A stretch of DNA of 64,000 nt from Burkholderiaceae bacterium (GCA_044235405.1 JBIIHU010000001.1:375-64374), one strand, 5' to 3'. Positions 47,234-57,872 are shown, counted from the first letter of the stretch. The notes: a model not told the origin generated them from the sequence alone. Translations and numbers: made by a program.

Positions 47234-48157
47234 ATGCCCGCACCCACCTCCCGGCCGCTGCTGCTGGACCCGAAAAACGATTTCGTCTTCAAGAAGCTGC
47301 TGGCCGACGCGCCGACGCTTCTGGCCGCGCTGATCAACGCCGTGCGCCATCCGCGTCCCGCGGTCACCGTGGTGGACATCCTCAACCCGGTCATCACCCC
47401 CGAGGAACTCGAGGGCAAGTTCATCGTCCTCGATGTCCTTGCCGAAGACCAGCTCGGCCAGCGCCACGACGTCGAGATGCAGTCGAGACCCTTCCCGGCG
47501 TGGGGCGCGCGCAGCGTGTATTACCTCGCCCGCACCCTGGCGCGCCAGCTCGATGCGGGCCACGAATACACGCGGCTGCGCCCGGCGATCGGCATACACC
47601 TGCTCGATTTCGCGCTGTACGATGACGAGGATTCGACGCAACAGGCCGCCTGGTGCTTCGAGCTGCGCGATGGCAGACGCCCGACGGTGCGCCTCGGACC
47701 GGAGCTCGAGCTCCACCTGATCGAACTGCCCAAGGCACGCCGACTTCGTCGACTCGGGTACGAGCCGGCGCTGGCGGGCGCGCTGGGCGCCTGGATCGAT
47801 TTCTTCGAGCACTGGAACGACGAGGAACGCATGGCCGGAATCGACGAACCCGCGGTACGGCAGGCGCTGGTGCGACTGCATGATCTCAGCGCCGACGAGG
47901 AGGCGCGGCGGATGGCCTTCGTGCGGATGCGCGCGCTGCGCGACGAGCGCGCGATCCGGCTCGGGGAACGCGAAGCCGGTCGTGCCGAGGGCGAAATCAT
48001 CCTGCTGCTGCGCCTTCTCGAGCAACGCTTCGGACCCATACCCGCCACCGCGATCGCTCGCCTGCGCCGGGCGACACCCGAGGAATGCGCTGGCGTGGCC
48101 GATCGGATGCTGCGGGCGGCAAGCCTCGTCGAGGCGCTCGGTCCCGTCGCCACCTGA
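47234..48157 (+). CDS. Rpn-family recombination-promoting nuclease / PD-(D/E)XK putative transposase
   Basis: DPKNDFVFKKL, LDVLA...DVEMQ, RSVYYLAR, LELHLIELPK, W..F and C-terminal EGRAEG/LLEQRFG module. Confidence 0.9.
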   Translation: MPAPTSRPLLLDPKNDFVFKKLLADAPTLLAALINAVRHPRPAVTVVDILNPVITPEELEGKFIVLDVLAEDQLGQRHDVEMQSRPFPAWGARSVYYLARTLARQLDAGHEYTRLRPAIGIHLLDFALYDDEDSTQQAAWCFELRDGRRPTVRLGPELELHLIELPKARRLRRLGYEPALAGALGAWIDFFEHWNDEERMAGIDEPAVRQALVRLHDLSADEEARRMAFVRMRALRDERAIRLGEREAGRAEGEIILLLRLLEQRFGPIPATAIARLRRATPEECAGVADRMLRAASLVEALGPVAT

Positions 48158-48196
48158 GCCTCGCGCCGGGTACCCGATCGGGCCGGTGAAGCTTCG

Positions 48197-49357
48197 ATGC
48201 CCTCAACGCTGCGTTCGCAGTTCCTGCTCGACCCGGAACTCGCCTTTCTCAACCACGGCTCCTTCGGGGCCTGCCCGCTGCCTGTCCTGCAGGCGCTGCA
48301 CCGATGGCAGTTCGCGATGGAGCGCAACCCGGTCGCCTTCCTGGGCCGCCGCTCGGCGCAACTGCTGCGCGAGGCTCGCACGGCGCTCGCCACGTTCGTC
48401 GGCGCGCAGCCGACCGACCTGGTCTTCGTGCCCAACGCCACCACCGGCGTGAACATCGTGGCGGCCTCGCTGCCGCTCACGCCCGGCGACGAGGTGCTCG
48501 CCACCGATCACGAGTACGGCGCCTGCGAGGCCACCTGGGAGCGCGCGTGCGCGGGTGCCGGAGCGACCCTGCGCCGCGTGACCATCCCGCTGCCCTTCGA
48601 GCGCGAACGCTTCGCCGACACCATGCTCTCGGCGATCGGCCCGCGTACGCGCCTGATCTTCGCCAGCCACGTCAGCTCGACGACCGCGCTGATCTTCCCC
48701 GTCGAGCAGCTGTGCTCGCAGGCGCGCGCGCGCGGCGTGCTCACGCTGATCGACGGGGCGCACGCGCCAGGGCAGCTGCCCCTCGACCTCGATGCGCTCG
48801 GCGCCGACTTCTACACCGGCAATGCGCACAAGTGGCTCTGCGCACCCAAAGGCGCAGGCTTCCTGCACGCGCGCGCACAGCATCATGCGTCGCTGCACGC
48901 GACGGTCACCAGCTGGGGCTACGTGGCCGGCGATGGCGGGCATACCGGGTTCGATGCCTACACGGGAAGCACCGTCCTCGAAAGACGGCTGCAGTGGCAG
49001 GGCACCCGCGACATCGCGGCCTGGCTGAGCGTGCCTGCCGCCATCGACTTCCAGCGCGAGCACGACTGGCCGGCGGTCCGCGCGCGCTGCCATGCGATGG
49101 CGGTGGCGCTGATGCACCGTGTCGCCGCGCACACCGGGCTCGCACCGATCGGCACCGACCAGGATTTCGCCCAGATGGTGCCCCTGGCGGTGCCGCACAC
49201 CGATGCCGAGGCCCTGCGCACCCGGCTTCTCGAACGGCACGCCATCGAGGTACCGGTCACGCGCCATGGCGGGCGAAGCTTCGTCCGGGTGTCGGTGCAG
49301 GGCTACAACGACGACGACGACCTCGCGCGGCTCGAGGCGGCGCTCCGAACGATCTGA
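48197..49357 (+). CDS. Class V PLP aminotransferase / C-S lyase (CefD/Egt2-like)
   Basis: FLNHGSFGACP, NATTG, IDGAHAPG, YTGNAHKWLCAPKG (PLP Lys), WQGTRD and VRVSVQGYN. Confidence 0.88.
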   Translation: MPSTLRSQFLLDPELAFLNHGSFGACPLPVLQALHRWQFAMERNPVAFLGRRSAQLLREARTALATFVGAQPTDLVFVPNATTGVNIVAASLPLTPGDEVLATDHEYGACEATWERACAGAGATLRRVTIPLPFERERFADTMLSAIGPRTRLIFASHVSSTTALIFPVEQLCSQARARGVLTLIDGAHAPGQLPLDLDALGADFYTGNAHKWLCAPKGAGFLHARAQHHASLHATVTSWGYVAGDGGHTGFDAYTGSTVLERRLQWQGTRDIAAWLSVPAAIDFQREHDWPAVRARCHAMAVALMHRVAAHTGLAPIGTDQDFAQMVPLAVPHTDAEALRTRLLERHAIEVPVTRHGGRSFVRVSVQGYNDDDDLARLEAALRTI

Positions 49358-49434
49358 GCGCGCCCATCGCCCGATCGTCGGACTGCTATCGTTGATGCCC
49401 CACCTGATCGACCGGCCCCGGCATCCGCGGGCCG

Positions 49435-50892
49435 GTGTCGCCCCCTCGGAGCCCTGCCCTGGAACCGTCGTCGCTGCTTGCCGCCCTGACCGTCGGGTCC
49501 GCCATCGGCGCGCTTGCCGCCTGGCTGATGCTGCGCGCGCGCCACGCGGCCGAACGGCGCGAGGCCCGCGACGCGTGGGAGGCCATGCGGGACGCCCTCG
49601 ATGCGAGCCGCGATGAGGCCGCCCGCCTCGATGAGCGAGCCCGGCGTGCAAGCGATCTCGAAGGCAGGCTCGACGCGCGCGACCAGGAGGTTGCGGCGCT
49701 GCGGGTCGAGGCGGCCGAGCTGCGCGGCCAGCTGCGCATCGCCGATGCGCAGCTTTCGGCCGAAAAGGCACGCGCCGCCGACCGCATTGCCGTGCTGGCG
49801 CAAGCCCAGGCGGCGATGGGCGAACGTTTCCGCGCGCTGGCCGGCGAGGCGCTCGATGCCAGCGCAAGGCGGCTGCAGGAGCAGAGCCAGGCCAGCCTCG
49901 CGGCGCTGCTCGACCCGATGCGCCAGCGCCTGGCCGACTTCCAGAGAAAGGTCGAGGATGTCTACATCGACGAGAGCAAGGAGCGCTCGGCGCTGCGTCA
50001 GCAGGTCGAGACGCTGGTGCGCCTGAACCAGACCCTGAGCGACGATGCCCGCAACCTGACCGCGGCACTGCGTGGATCGGCGAGGAGCCAGGGAAGCTGG
50101 GGCGAACTGATCCTCGAAAGAGTCCTGGAGGCGTCCGGGCTGCGCCGCGGTCACGAGTACGAGGTGCAGGATTCGCAACGCGGCGAGGACGGCCAGCGGC
50201 TGCAGCCCGATGTCGTGATCCACCTGCCCGAGTCGCGACGGCTGGTGGTCGACGCGAAGGTCAGCCTGGTCGCCTACGAGCGTTTCGCGATCGCCGGGGA
50301 CGACCCGACCCGGGACGCGGCGCTGCGCGACCACCTCGCCTCCGTTCGTGCGCACCTGCGCGGCCTGTCCGACAAGCGCTACCACACGCTGTACGGCAGC
50401 TCGCTCGACTTCGTGCTGATGTTCGTGCCGATCGAACCCGCCTTCATGACCGCGATCACCCACGACCCGGAGCTCTTCGCCGACGCCTGGGAACGCAATG
50501 TGCTGCTGGTCAGCCCCTCGACGCTGCTGTTCGTGGTGCGTACCGTCGCGCACCTGTGGCGCCAGGAAGCGCAGACTCGCAACGCGCAGGAGATCGCGCG
50601 GCGCGGTGCCGAACTCTACGACCGGCTCGCCGGCTTCGTCGCCGACCTAGAGACGGTGGGCCAGCGCCTCGACGGCGCCCAGAAGGCCTGGGGCGACGCG
50701 CGACGCAAGCTCGCCGAGGGCCGGGGCAACGTGATCCGCCAGGCCGAGATGTTGCGCGAACTCGGCATCAGACCGTCGCGGCAGTTGCCGCGATCCCTGG
50801 TCGAGGCCGCGCTCGACGACGCGCCCGAACGGGCCGATGTGCCGCCCGACCCGACGGAAGACCCGCCAGGACCGCCTGCAGACTCACGCTGA
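49435..50892 (+). CDS. rmuC: DNA recombination protein RmuC
   Basis: TM anchor and coiled coil; QGSWGELILERVLE, LQPDVVIHLP, VDAKVSL, FVLMFVPIEPAF and SPSTLL. Confidence 0.95.
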   Translation: MSPPRSPALEPSSLLAALTVGSAIGALAAWLMLRARHAAERREARDAWEAMRDALDASRDEAARLDERARRASDLEGRLDARDQEVAALRVEAAELRGQLRIADAQLSAEKARAADRIAVLAQAQAAMGERFRALAGEALDASARRLQEQSQASLAALLDPMRQRLADFQRKVEDVYIDESKERSALRQQVETLVRLNQTLSDDARNLTAALRGSARSQGSWGELILERVLEASGLRRGHEYEVQDSQRGEDGQRLQPDVVIHLPESRRLVVDAKVSLVAYERFAIAGDDPTRDAALRDHLASVRAHLRGLSDKRYHTLYGSSLDFVLMFVPIEPAFMTAITHDPELFADAWERNVLLVSPSTLLFVVRTVAHLWRQEAQTRNAQEIARRGAELYDRLAGFVADLETVGQRLDGAQKAWGDARRKLAEGRGNVIRQAEMLRELGIRPSRQLPRSLVEAALDDAPERADVPPDPTEDPPGPPADSR

Positions 50893-50902
50893 TGAACCGA
50901 CC

Positions 50903-52057
50903 ATGACCGCCACCCGCCTGTTCTCCCCCTTCACCCTACGCGACGTCACCCTTCGCAACCGCATCATGGCCGCGCCGATGTGGCAGTACGCCGGCCGCCA
51001 GTGGCGCCCCACCGACTGGCACCTGATGAACCTCGGTCGGCTGGCCGACGGCGGCTCGGGGCTGGTCTTCCAGGAAGGCACCACCGTCGAGCGGCGCGGC
51101 TGCGGCACGGTGGGCGACCTGGGCATCTGGGACGATGGCTGCCTGCCGCATTTCCAGCGTCTGGTGACCCTGATGCGCGAATGCGGCGCGGTCCCGGGCA
51201 TCCAGCTGATGCACGCCGGCCGCAAGTCGCGCCAGAAGCCGCCCGACGCGGGCCGCGGACCGCTCGAGCGCAGCGCCGATATCGCCGACTGGGATGACTG
51301 GGACGTGATCGCACCGAGCGCGATCACGCTGCCCGGCGAGAGCGCCGCGCCGCCGCGCGAGATGAGCACAGCCGACATCCGCGCGGTCATCGACGCCTTC
51401 GTCGCCGGCGCGCGACGCGCCGATGCCGCCGGCTACGAGGTGCTCGACCTGCACGCGGCCCACGGTTATCTGCTGCACAGCTTCCTCTCGCCGCTGGCCA
51501 ACCGGCGCGGCGACGCCTGGGGCGGCAGCTTCGAGAACCGGATCCGCATCCTGCTCGAGATCGTCGAAGGCGTGCGCACGGCATGGCCGCAGGGCAAGCC
51601 GATCTTCGTGCGGCTGTCGTGCATCGATGGCGGCTCCGGCGGCTGGACGATCGAGGACACCCTCGCCCTCGTGAGGCGCCTGCACCCGCTGGGTGTCGAT
51701 CTGATCGACTGCTCGGCCGGGGGTATCGTCGGTTCGCCGCTGCCGGCCGGGCAGGCGGCAAGCTATGGCTACCAGGTCGAACTCGCCGCGACCGTGCGCC
51801 GCGAAACCGGCGTGCCCACGTCGGCGGTCGGCCTGATCGTTCATCCCGCGCACGCCGAGCGCATTCTCGCCGAGGGAGCCTGCGATCTCGTGGCCCTCGC
51901 GCGCGAACTCATCCACAACCCCAACTGGCCGGTGGATGCGGCCGTGAAGCTCGGCGATGACGCCGGCTACCGCGTGATGCGCAGCCGCGGCGGCTTCTGG
52001 CTGGAGCGGCGCGCGGCGAGCGTGCCCGGGCTACGGGCATCGACCATGGGAGAGTGA
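50903..52057 (+). CDS. NADH:flavin oxidoreductase (old yellow enzyme, NamA/YqjM-like)
   Basis: [43 protein letters not shown] and [11 protein letters not shown]. Confidence 0.92.
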   Translation: MTATRLFSPFTLRDVTLRNRIMAAPMWQYAGRQWRPTDWHLMNLGRLADGGSGLVFQEGTTVERRGCGTVGDLGIWDDGCLPHFQRLVTLMRECGAVPGIQLMHAGRKSRQKPPDAGRGPLERSADIADWDDWDVIAPSAITLPGESAAPPREMSTADIRAVIDAFVAGARRADAAGYEVLDLHAAHGYLLHSFLSPLANRRGDAWGGSFENRIRILLEIVEGVRTAWPQGKPIFVRLSCIDGGSGGWTIEDTLALVRRLHPLGVDLIDCSAGGIVGSPLPAGQAASYGYQVELAATVRRETGVPTSAVGLIVHPAHAERILAEGACDLVALARELIHNPNWPVDAAVKLGDDAGYRVMRSRGGFWLERRAASVPGLRASTMGE

Positions 52058-52139
52058 GCGCCCACTGACGACAAGCACGCTGACCTTCAAGGCCCCTGCG
52101 CGTGGGGCCGCATCCGCCAGCCAGGCATCCGCTCGGGCC

Positions 52140-52790
52140 TCAGCGCAAGAAACCGGGCCGTACCGCCCCCTGGCGCACCGCCTCGTCGGCCTTCGCCTCG
52201 GCCTCGCGGATCGCGGGCAGTCGGGCGATCACCTGCGTCAGCCTCGCGCGCGGCACCACCACCACCCCGTCGAGATCGGCCACGACGACATCGCCGCTGC
52301 ACACCGGCACGCCGCCGAGGACCACCGGACGTCCCACGGTGCCCGGTCCGCTTCGATGCGGCGAGTTCGGCGTCACGCCCATCGCCCAGGCGGGCAGCCC
52401 CACGCGCTGCAGCCCCACCCGGTCGCGGACGCAGCCATCGGTCACGAAACCGACCGCGCCGCGGTTGCGCGCCATGCCGAGCACAAGATCACCGGTGACC
52501 GCGCAGCCGGTGAACCCGTCGGTGGCGGCGACGATCACGTCACCCGGCTGCACGACCTCGAGCGCGTGGATCAGCGCGAGGTTGTCGGCCGGCCCGGTGT
52601 GGCAGGTCAGCGCAACACCGCAGAACGCGTACTGGTCGGCCACGGCGGGCGCCATGCGGAAGTCGAGCGCGCCGCTGCCGCCCATCGCATCGACGAGAAA
52701 TCCGGTGGGCGTATCGCGCAACTGCACGACCCAGGCGGGGTCGGGCCGATCGAAGGGATCCGTCTGGATGGGAGGGGCTTCATCGATCAT
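52140..52790 (-). CDS. RraA-family / HMG aldolase protein
   Basis: PADNLA, PGDVIV, GDLVLGMARNRG...TDGCVRD and VCSGDVVVADLDGVVVVP. Confidence 0.9.
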   Translation of the reverse strand: MIDEAPPIQTDPFDRPDPAWVVQLRDTPTGFLVDAMGGSGALDFRMAPAVADQYAFCGVALTCHTGPADNLALIHALEVVQPGDVIVAATDGFTGCAVTGDLVLGMARNRGAVGFVTDGCVRDRVGLQRVGLPAWAMGVTPNSPHRSGPGTVGRPVVLGGVPVCSGDVVVADLDGVVVVPRARLTQVIARLPAIREAEAKADEAVRQGAVRPGFLR

Positions 52791-52912
52791 CGGCACTCCG
52801 CGAGCGTGAGGGGTCGGGCGGTCGATGATGCCCGAAGCCCCGCGGCCGCGCATCCCGAGCGCAGCTTGCGGCTCGGCCATCGTGCCCGGCAGCCGGTGCC
52901 GATCGGTCGCGC

Positions 52913-54385
52913 CTAGGGGCCGACCTGAAAGCCGCCGAAGCGCGACAGCCCCGGGTGACAAGCCGACGCCCAGAGCGAGCCGCGCGCGAATCGCCAGGCG
53001 TGAACCTGGCCGGCGGTGGTGGTCACCACGAGTTCGATGCGGCCATCGCCATCGAGATCGCCGTAGCAGGGCACGCCCTCGATGCCACCATCCACGCGCA
53101 GCTCGCCCACGCGCTCGCCACTGGCCACGTCCACACAATGCAGCACGCCCGCCATGTCGCCCACCAGCACCGCCGGGCTGCCGCGCCCCAGCACATCGTG
53201 AACGACCGCCGAGGAGTTGACCGGCGCCTGCGACAGGCCGCGGCGCCACAGCGTGCGTGCCTGACCATCCAGGCAGAGCAGGTGACCGGCGTCGCTGCCG
53301 ACCACCAGCCGCAGGCTGGTCGCGTCGCCCACGCGCACCGCCACCGGCGCGCAATCGCAGTCGCCACCGGCATCCTCGGAGCATGCGCGGATCGCGCCGC
53401 TGGCGGCATCGACCACGCAGATCCGATTGTCGCGAGTGGCCACCAGCAGCGCGAGCCGACCGTCGCCGTCGAGATCGGCAGCATGCAGGAAGGCATCGAC
53501 CGGCCCGGTCGGCGCCGACCAGACCAGGCGACCGGTGTCGGCATCCAGACAGCGAGTGAGGCCATCAAGCGCGCCGAAGCACAGCCGGCGTGCGCCCTCG
53601 ATCGCGAGCACCAGCGGGTAGGCCTCGATATTCTCGAGCGCCGCATACTGCCATCCCAGCCGACCGGTCACCGGATCGATGCGCACGACATGGTTGTCCA
53701 GGCCGGCCGCGTAGAGCGACCAGCCACCGGGCTCGCGTACCAGCGTGCCGGCATGCTGGAAGTAGCGGTCGCTCTCGTAGCGCGGCTCGATGCGGTAGGC
53801 GTCGCCCGGCAGCGGATCGACGTCCCAGGGGTCGGCGAGCATCAGCGTGTCGCCGCCCGGGTTGGCAAGCACCTCGCTCCAGTCGCCGGCCGCGGGTCCG
53901 CTCAGCATGCGCACGATCGCGCCCTGGCCACGGCCGCCGTGCCGCAAGAAGGCATTAGGCGCCCAGGACTGGTTGAGGTCGTGCAGGCGATCGCGCGCCG
54001 CGCGCGTGATCCGGCCGCGTCCGGCGCGATCGTAGACGTTGGCGAAAGCCCAGCGCGGTTCGCCGCGCGCGTCCAGGCAGGTGATCCTGCCGTCGTGGCC
54101 CGGCACGAAGATCTCCGGGCGCCCATCGCCGTCGACATCGGCCGCCTGACAGCGTCCGTAGCACCGGCCACCGAGCGCGGTGCGCCAGAGCACGTGGCCC
54201 GCGGCCGCGTCGAGCGCGGTCACCTGACCGTCCCAGCCGCCGAAGACGATCGCGCGACGCACCCGCCGACCGGCGGGCAGGGGCACCGGCCCGATCGCCG
54301 AGGCGTAGATCGGCTCGCGCGCGGGGGTGTCGTGACGCCAGAGCGGCTCGAGGTGGCCGGCGGCGACAAGGTCGGGGGTGGGCAT
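52913..54385 (-). CDS. PQQ-like / FG-GAP beta-propeller repeat protein
   Basis: Three D-x-D-G-D-G motifs, repeated ...LD..TG..(V/L)W blades and no signal peptide. Confidence 0.75.
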   Translation of the reverse strand: MPTPDLVAAGHLEPLWRHDTPAREPIYASAIGPVPLPAGRRVRRAIVFGGWDGQVTALDAAAGHVLWRTALGGRCYGRCQAADVDGDGRPEIFVPGHDGRITCLDARGEPRWAFANVYDRAGRGRITRAARDRLHDLNQSWAPNAFLRHGGRGQGAIVRMLSGPAAGDWSEVLANPGGDTLMLADPWDVDPLPGDAYRIEPRYESDRYFQHAGTLVREPGGWSLYAAGLDNHVVRIDPVTGRLGWQYAALENIEAYPLVLAIEGARRLCFGALDGLTRCLDADTGRLVWSAPTGPVDAFLHAADLDGDGRLALLVATRDNRICVVDAASGAIRACSEDAGGDCDCAPVAVRVGDATSLRLVVGSDAGHLLCLDGQARTLWRRGLSQAPVNSSAVVHDVLGRGSPAVLVGDMAGVLHCVDVASGERVGELRVDGGIEGVPCYGDLDGDGRIELVVTTTAGQVHAWRFARGSLWASACHPGLSRFGGFQVGP

Positions 54386-54516
54386 CGGACAAGGCGAAAG
54401 GCGTACCCCGCATCATCCGGAGGATCGTGCCGGCCCGATTGCGCCGGCGCAGGAAGTTCAGTCGCCCCGCCCGACCCCGCCGAGCGCCAACGCGGCGCCC
54501 GGCATTCGCACCCCGA

Positions 54517-55809
54517 TCAGACCGCCTCGTCGACGTGCTCGAGCGCGGCGCGGAACTTCGCGAGCGCGCGCTCGCGCTGCCCGGGCACGTGGTACTCGGG
54601 GAAGAGCGCGTCGGTGGCCTTGTAGTCGCGCAGCATCTGCTTGGCGAGCGTGGCCTTGTGCACCTCCACCGGGCCGTCGGCCAGCGCCACGTGGTAGGAC
54701 TGCATCACCAGGTGGGCGAAGGGCATCTCCTCGGAGATGCCGATCGAGCCGTGCAGCAGCAGCGCCCGCGAGGCGATATCGTGCAGCACCTTGGGCATCG
54801 CCGCCTTCACCGCCGAGATGTCCTTGCGCACCTTCTTGTAGTCCTTGTGACGATCGATCAGCCAGGCGGTGCGCAGCACCAGCAGGCGGAACTGCTCGAG
54901 CTCGATCCAGGAGTCGGCGAGCCGCTCCTGCACCATCTGCTTGTCGGCGAGGCGCTCGCCCTGCGTGCGCCGCGAAAGCGCCCGCTCGCACATCATGTCG
55001 AGCGCGCGCCGCGCCTCGCCGATCGTGCGCATCGCGTGATGGATGCGCCCGCCGCCGAGCCGGGTCTGGGCGACCACGAAGGCGTCGCCGCGCCCGCCGA
55101 GCATGTGGTCGGCCGGCACCCGGACCCCGTCGAACTGGAGGTAGCCGTGGGTGGGCGTGACCTCGGTCGGGAAGCCGGCGTTGCGGATGATCTTCAGGCC
55201 GGGCGTGGACGTGGGCACGATGAACATCGACATCGTGCGGTAGGGGGAGGCGTCCGGATCGGTCACCGCCATCACGATCAGGAACTCGGCGAAGTTGGCG
55301 TGCGAGGCGAACCACTTCTGGCCGCTGATCACCCACTCGTCGCCGTCGCGCACGGCGCGCGTGGTGAAGACCTTGGGGTCGGCGCCGCCCTGCGGCTCGG
55401 TCATCGCGAAACACGACACGATCTCGTTGTCGAGCAGCGGCTGCAGGAAGCGACGCTTCTGCTCGGGCGTGCCGTAGTGGGCGAGGATCTCGGCGTTGCC
55501 GCTGTCGGGCGCCTGGCAGCCGAACACCGTGGGGCCGAAGCGCGAGCGCCCGAGGATCTCGTTGAGCAGCGCGAGCTTGACCTGGCCATAGCCCTGGCCG
55601 CCGAGCTCGGGGCCGAGGTGGCAGGCCCACAGGCCGCGCTCGCGCACCTGGGCCTGCAGGGGCCGCACGAGCCGGTTGCGGCGCGCATCGCGCACGTCGC
55701 AGGGGTGACCGAGCACATGATCGAGCGGCTCGATCTCCTCGCGCACGAAGCGATCCACCCAGTCGAGCTGCGCCTGATAGGCGTCGTCGGTGCCAAAGTC
55801 CCAGGCCAT
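54517..55809 (-). CDS. Acyl-CoA dehydrogenase (ACAD10/11-like)
   Basis: APDSGNAEIL, FAMTEPQGGADP, AQTRLGGGRIHHAMR and LADGPVEVH. Confidence 0.93.
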   Translation of the reverse strand: MAWDFGTDDAYQAQLDWVDRFVREEIEPLDHVLGHPCDVRDARRNRLVRPLQAQVRERGLWACHLGPELGGQGYGQVKLALLNEILGRSRFGPTVFGCQAPDSGNAEILAHYGTPEQKRRFLQPLLDNEIVSCFAMTEPQGGADPKVFTTRAVRDGDEWVISGQKWFASHANFAEFLIVMAVTDPDASPYRTMSMFIVPTSTPGLKIIRNAGFPTEVTPTHGYLQFDGVRVPADHMLGGRGDAFVVAQTRLGGGRIHHAMRTIGEARRALDMMCERALSRRTQGERLADKQMVQERLADSWIELEQFRLLVLRTAWLIDRHKDYKKVRKDISAVKAAMPKVLHDIASRALLLHGSIGISEEMPFAHLVMQSYHVALADGPVEVHKATLAKQMLRDYKATDALFPEYHVPGQRERALAKFRAALEHVDEAV

Positions 55810-55957
55810 GTCGTCGTCCTCCTTTCGAAAGACGCCATGGTCGGGCGGGCGCGCCGCACGCGCTCGGCGAGAGCGCGCTAAACGGACCGCCGGAATCGCA
55901 GCCCTGAAAACGACTCGCGCGCCCGAAGGCGCGCGAGTTCACCGCGGAGGGGAAGGC

Positions 55958-56959
55958 TTACTTGCCGCCGCGGGCCTTGAACTCGGCCTTGCCCTTCTGG
56001 ATGGCGGCCCAGAGCTCGGCGGCCTGGCCACCGGTCTCCTTGACCATCTGCTCCTGGTTGGGCAGCACGAGCTTGACGAACTCGGCGCGCTGGGCCGGAG
56101 TCAGTTCATGCACGACGCCGCCCTTGGCCTTGAACTCGTCCATCTTGGGCTTGATGCTGGCGTCGACCTCGCGGCGCATGCGCGGGGTGTCGGGCACGGC
56201 GGCCTGCACGGCGGTCTTCTGCTCGGGGGTCAGCCCGTCCCAGATGCGCTTGTTGATGATGAAGGCCGACGGGTGATGCAGGTGCCGGGTGGTCACGTAA
56301 TGCGGGGCGCTCTGCGCGGCCGGCGTGGTGACGTAGTAGGGGAAGGGCAGGTCGGCCGACTCGACCAGGCCGCTCTGCAGCGCCGGGAAGAGCTCGGACA
56401 GCGGCATCTGCACGCCGTTCACGCCCATCGACTGCCAGAAGATCTTCGACGACAGCGCCGGGCCCACGCGCACCTTCATGCCCTTGAAGTCGGCCGGCGT
56501 CAGGCAGGGCTTCTTGCAGACCACGTCGTTCCAGCCCACCTCGCTCACGCCGAGCAGGATCACGCCCTTGGCCTCGTAGATCTTCTTGAGCACCGGCAGC
56601 GCGTAGTTGTCGGTGACGAAGTCGCGCTCGGCGTCGCTCGTCCACAGGTAAGGCGTGGTCATGATGCCCGCCTCGGGAACGGCGGGCGCGAAGCCGGCCA
56701 TCGAGATGCCGGCGACCTCGATACGGCCGCGCAGGATCTGCTGGGCGATCTCCTGCTCGCTGCCGATGAACAGGCGCTCGGCCTTGATGGCGCCCTTGGT
56801 GTTGGTGCCGATCTTGGTGACGACCTCCTCGACGAAACCGAGCAGCGGCGAGCCGGGCTGCGCGGCCGAGGCGACTTTCCAGGCCTGCTGGGCCTGCGAG
56901 GGCGAGGGGACGGCTGCAAACAGCGCCGCCACCGCCACGACGAGCGATGCAATCTTCAT
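55958..56959 (-). CDS. dctP: TRAP transporter substrate-binding protein
   Basis: Signal peptide; GSEQEI..QI.RG, DFKGMKVRV and MPLSELFPALQSGLV. Confidence 0.88.
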   Translation of the reverse strand: MKIASLVVAVAALFAAVPSPSQAQQAWKVASAAQPGSPLLGFVEEVVTKIGTNTKGAIKAERLFIGSEQEIAQQILRGRIEVAGISMAGFAPAVPEAGIMTTPYLWTSDAERDFVTDNYALPVLKKIYEAKGVILLGVSEVGWNDVVCKKPCLTPADFKGMKVRVGPALSSKIFWQSMGVNGVQMPLSELFPALQSGLVESADLPFPYYVTTPAAQSAPHYVTTRHLHHPSAFIINKRIWDGLTPEQKTAVQAAVPDTPRMRREVDASIKPKMDEFKAKGGVVHELTPAQRAEFVKLVLPNQEQMVKETGGQAAELWAAIQKGKAEFKARGGK

Positions 56960-57128
56960 GGTGTCTCCGGGTTGTCGTTCGGGGGCGAGCCGCCCGGGAC
57001 GGACGGCGCGGCGACGCATGTTGCCACGGGGCCTCGCAAGCCCGGCAAAGCCCCGCGGCGCCTAAGGCCTTCGGCCGCAGGGGATACCCCAGGCGCAGGG
57101 CAAGACCGGCGCGCGGCCGCGGCGGCGC

Positions 57129-57872
57129 TCAGGCCTCGAGATAGTTGCCCGCCAGCCGCTCCCGCTCGGCCGGCCCGATGCCGATCGCCCCAAGGTAGCC
57201 CTCGAGCCCGCCGTGCTCGCGATCGACCGCCTCCAGCGCGGCCTCCAGGAAGCCGGCCTGCACCCGCCACAGGACATCAAGCACTTCCTGGGGAAGATCG
57301 GTATGCGACGAACCCGGCGCGCGCCGGTAGAAGGCGTTGGTGAGCAGGAAGTCGTCCATGATGACGTCACGGGAAACACCGAGCGCCGACAGCAGCAGCG
57401 CCGCGGCGAAACCGGTGCGGTCCTTGCCCGCGGTGCAGTGGAAGACCGCCGGCGCATCGTCGTCGGCCAGATGGCGCAGCAGCGCGCCGAAGCGCGGGCC
57501 GCCGTGCCGCACGAAACCGAGGTAGGTGTCGCGCATCGCGTCGACCGCGTGGCCAGGCGTGATGCGCTCGCCCGCCTCGCGCAGCGCGGCCAGGCTCTGC
57601 ACCACCGTGGGCTCGATCGGCAGCGAGTGCTGGCGCACGCCGCGAAGCTCGTAGGCAGTGATCGCGCGCTCGTCGACACCCCGGAAATCGAAGCTGCGGG
57701 CCAGCCCGAGGCGTGCAAGCTCGGCCTGGTCGTCGGCCGTCAGGCCCGCGAGGTGATCGGAGCGGAACAGCCGGCGCCAGCGCACCGTTCGCCCGTCGCG
57801 GCCCCGGTAGCCGCCGAGATCGCGGAAGTTGGTGGCGCCGGCGAGGTTCAGCGATCGGGAGGGTGCGGACAT
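57129..57872 (-). CDS. Tyrosine-protein phosphatase (IphP/PtpB-like)
   Basis: GATNFRDLGGY, LFRSDHL and FHCTAGKDRTG (C-x5-R). Confidence 0.93.
   Translation of the reverse strand: MSAPSRSLNLAGATNFRDLGGYRGRDGRTVRWRRLFRSDHLAGLTADDQAELARLGLARSFDFRGVDERAITAYELRGVRQHSLPIEPTVVQSLAALREAGERITPGHAVDAMRDTYLGFVRHGGPRFGALLRHLADDDAPAVFHCTAGKDRTGFAAALLLSALGVSRDVIMDDFLLTNAFYRRAPGSSHTDLPQEVLDVLWRVQAGFLEAALEAVDREHGGLEGYLGAIGIGPAERERLAGNYLEA

Noticed and set aside
47234-48157. Classical IS element
   Set aside because: No DDE or HUH transposase motifs, terminal inverted repeats or target-site duplication seen.
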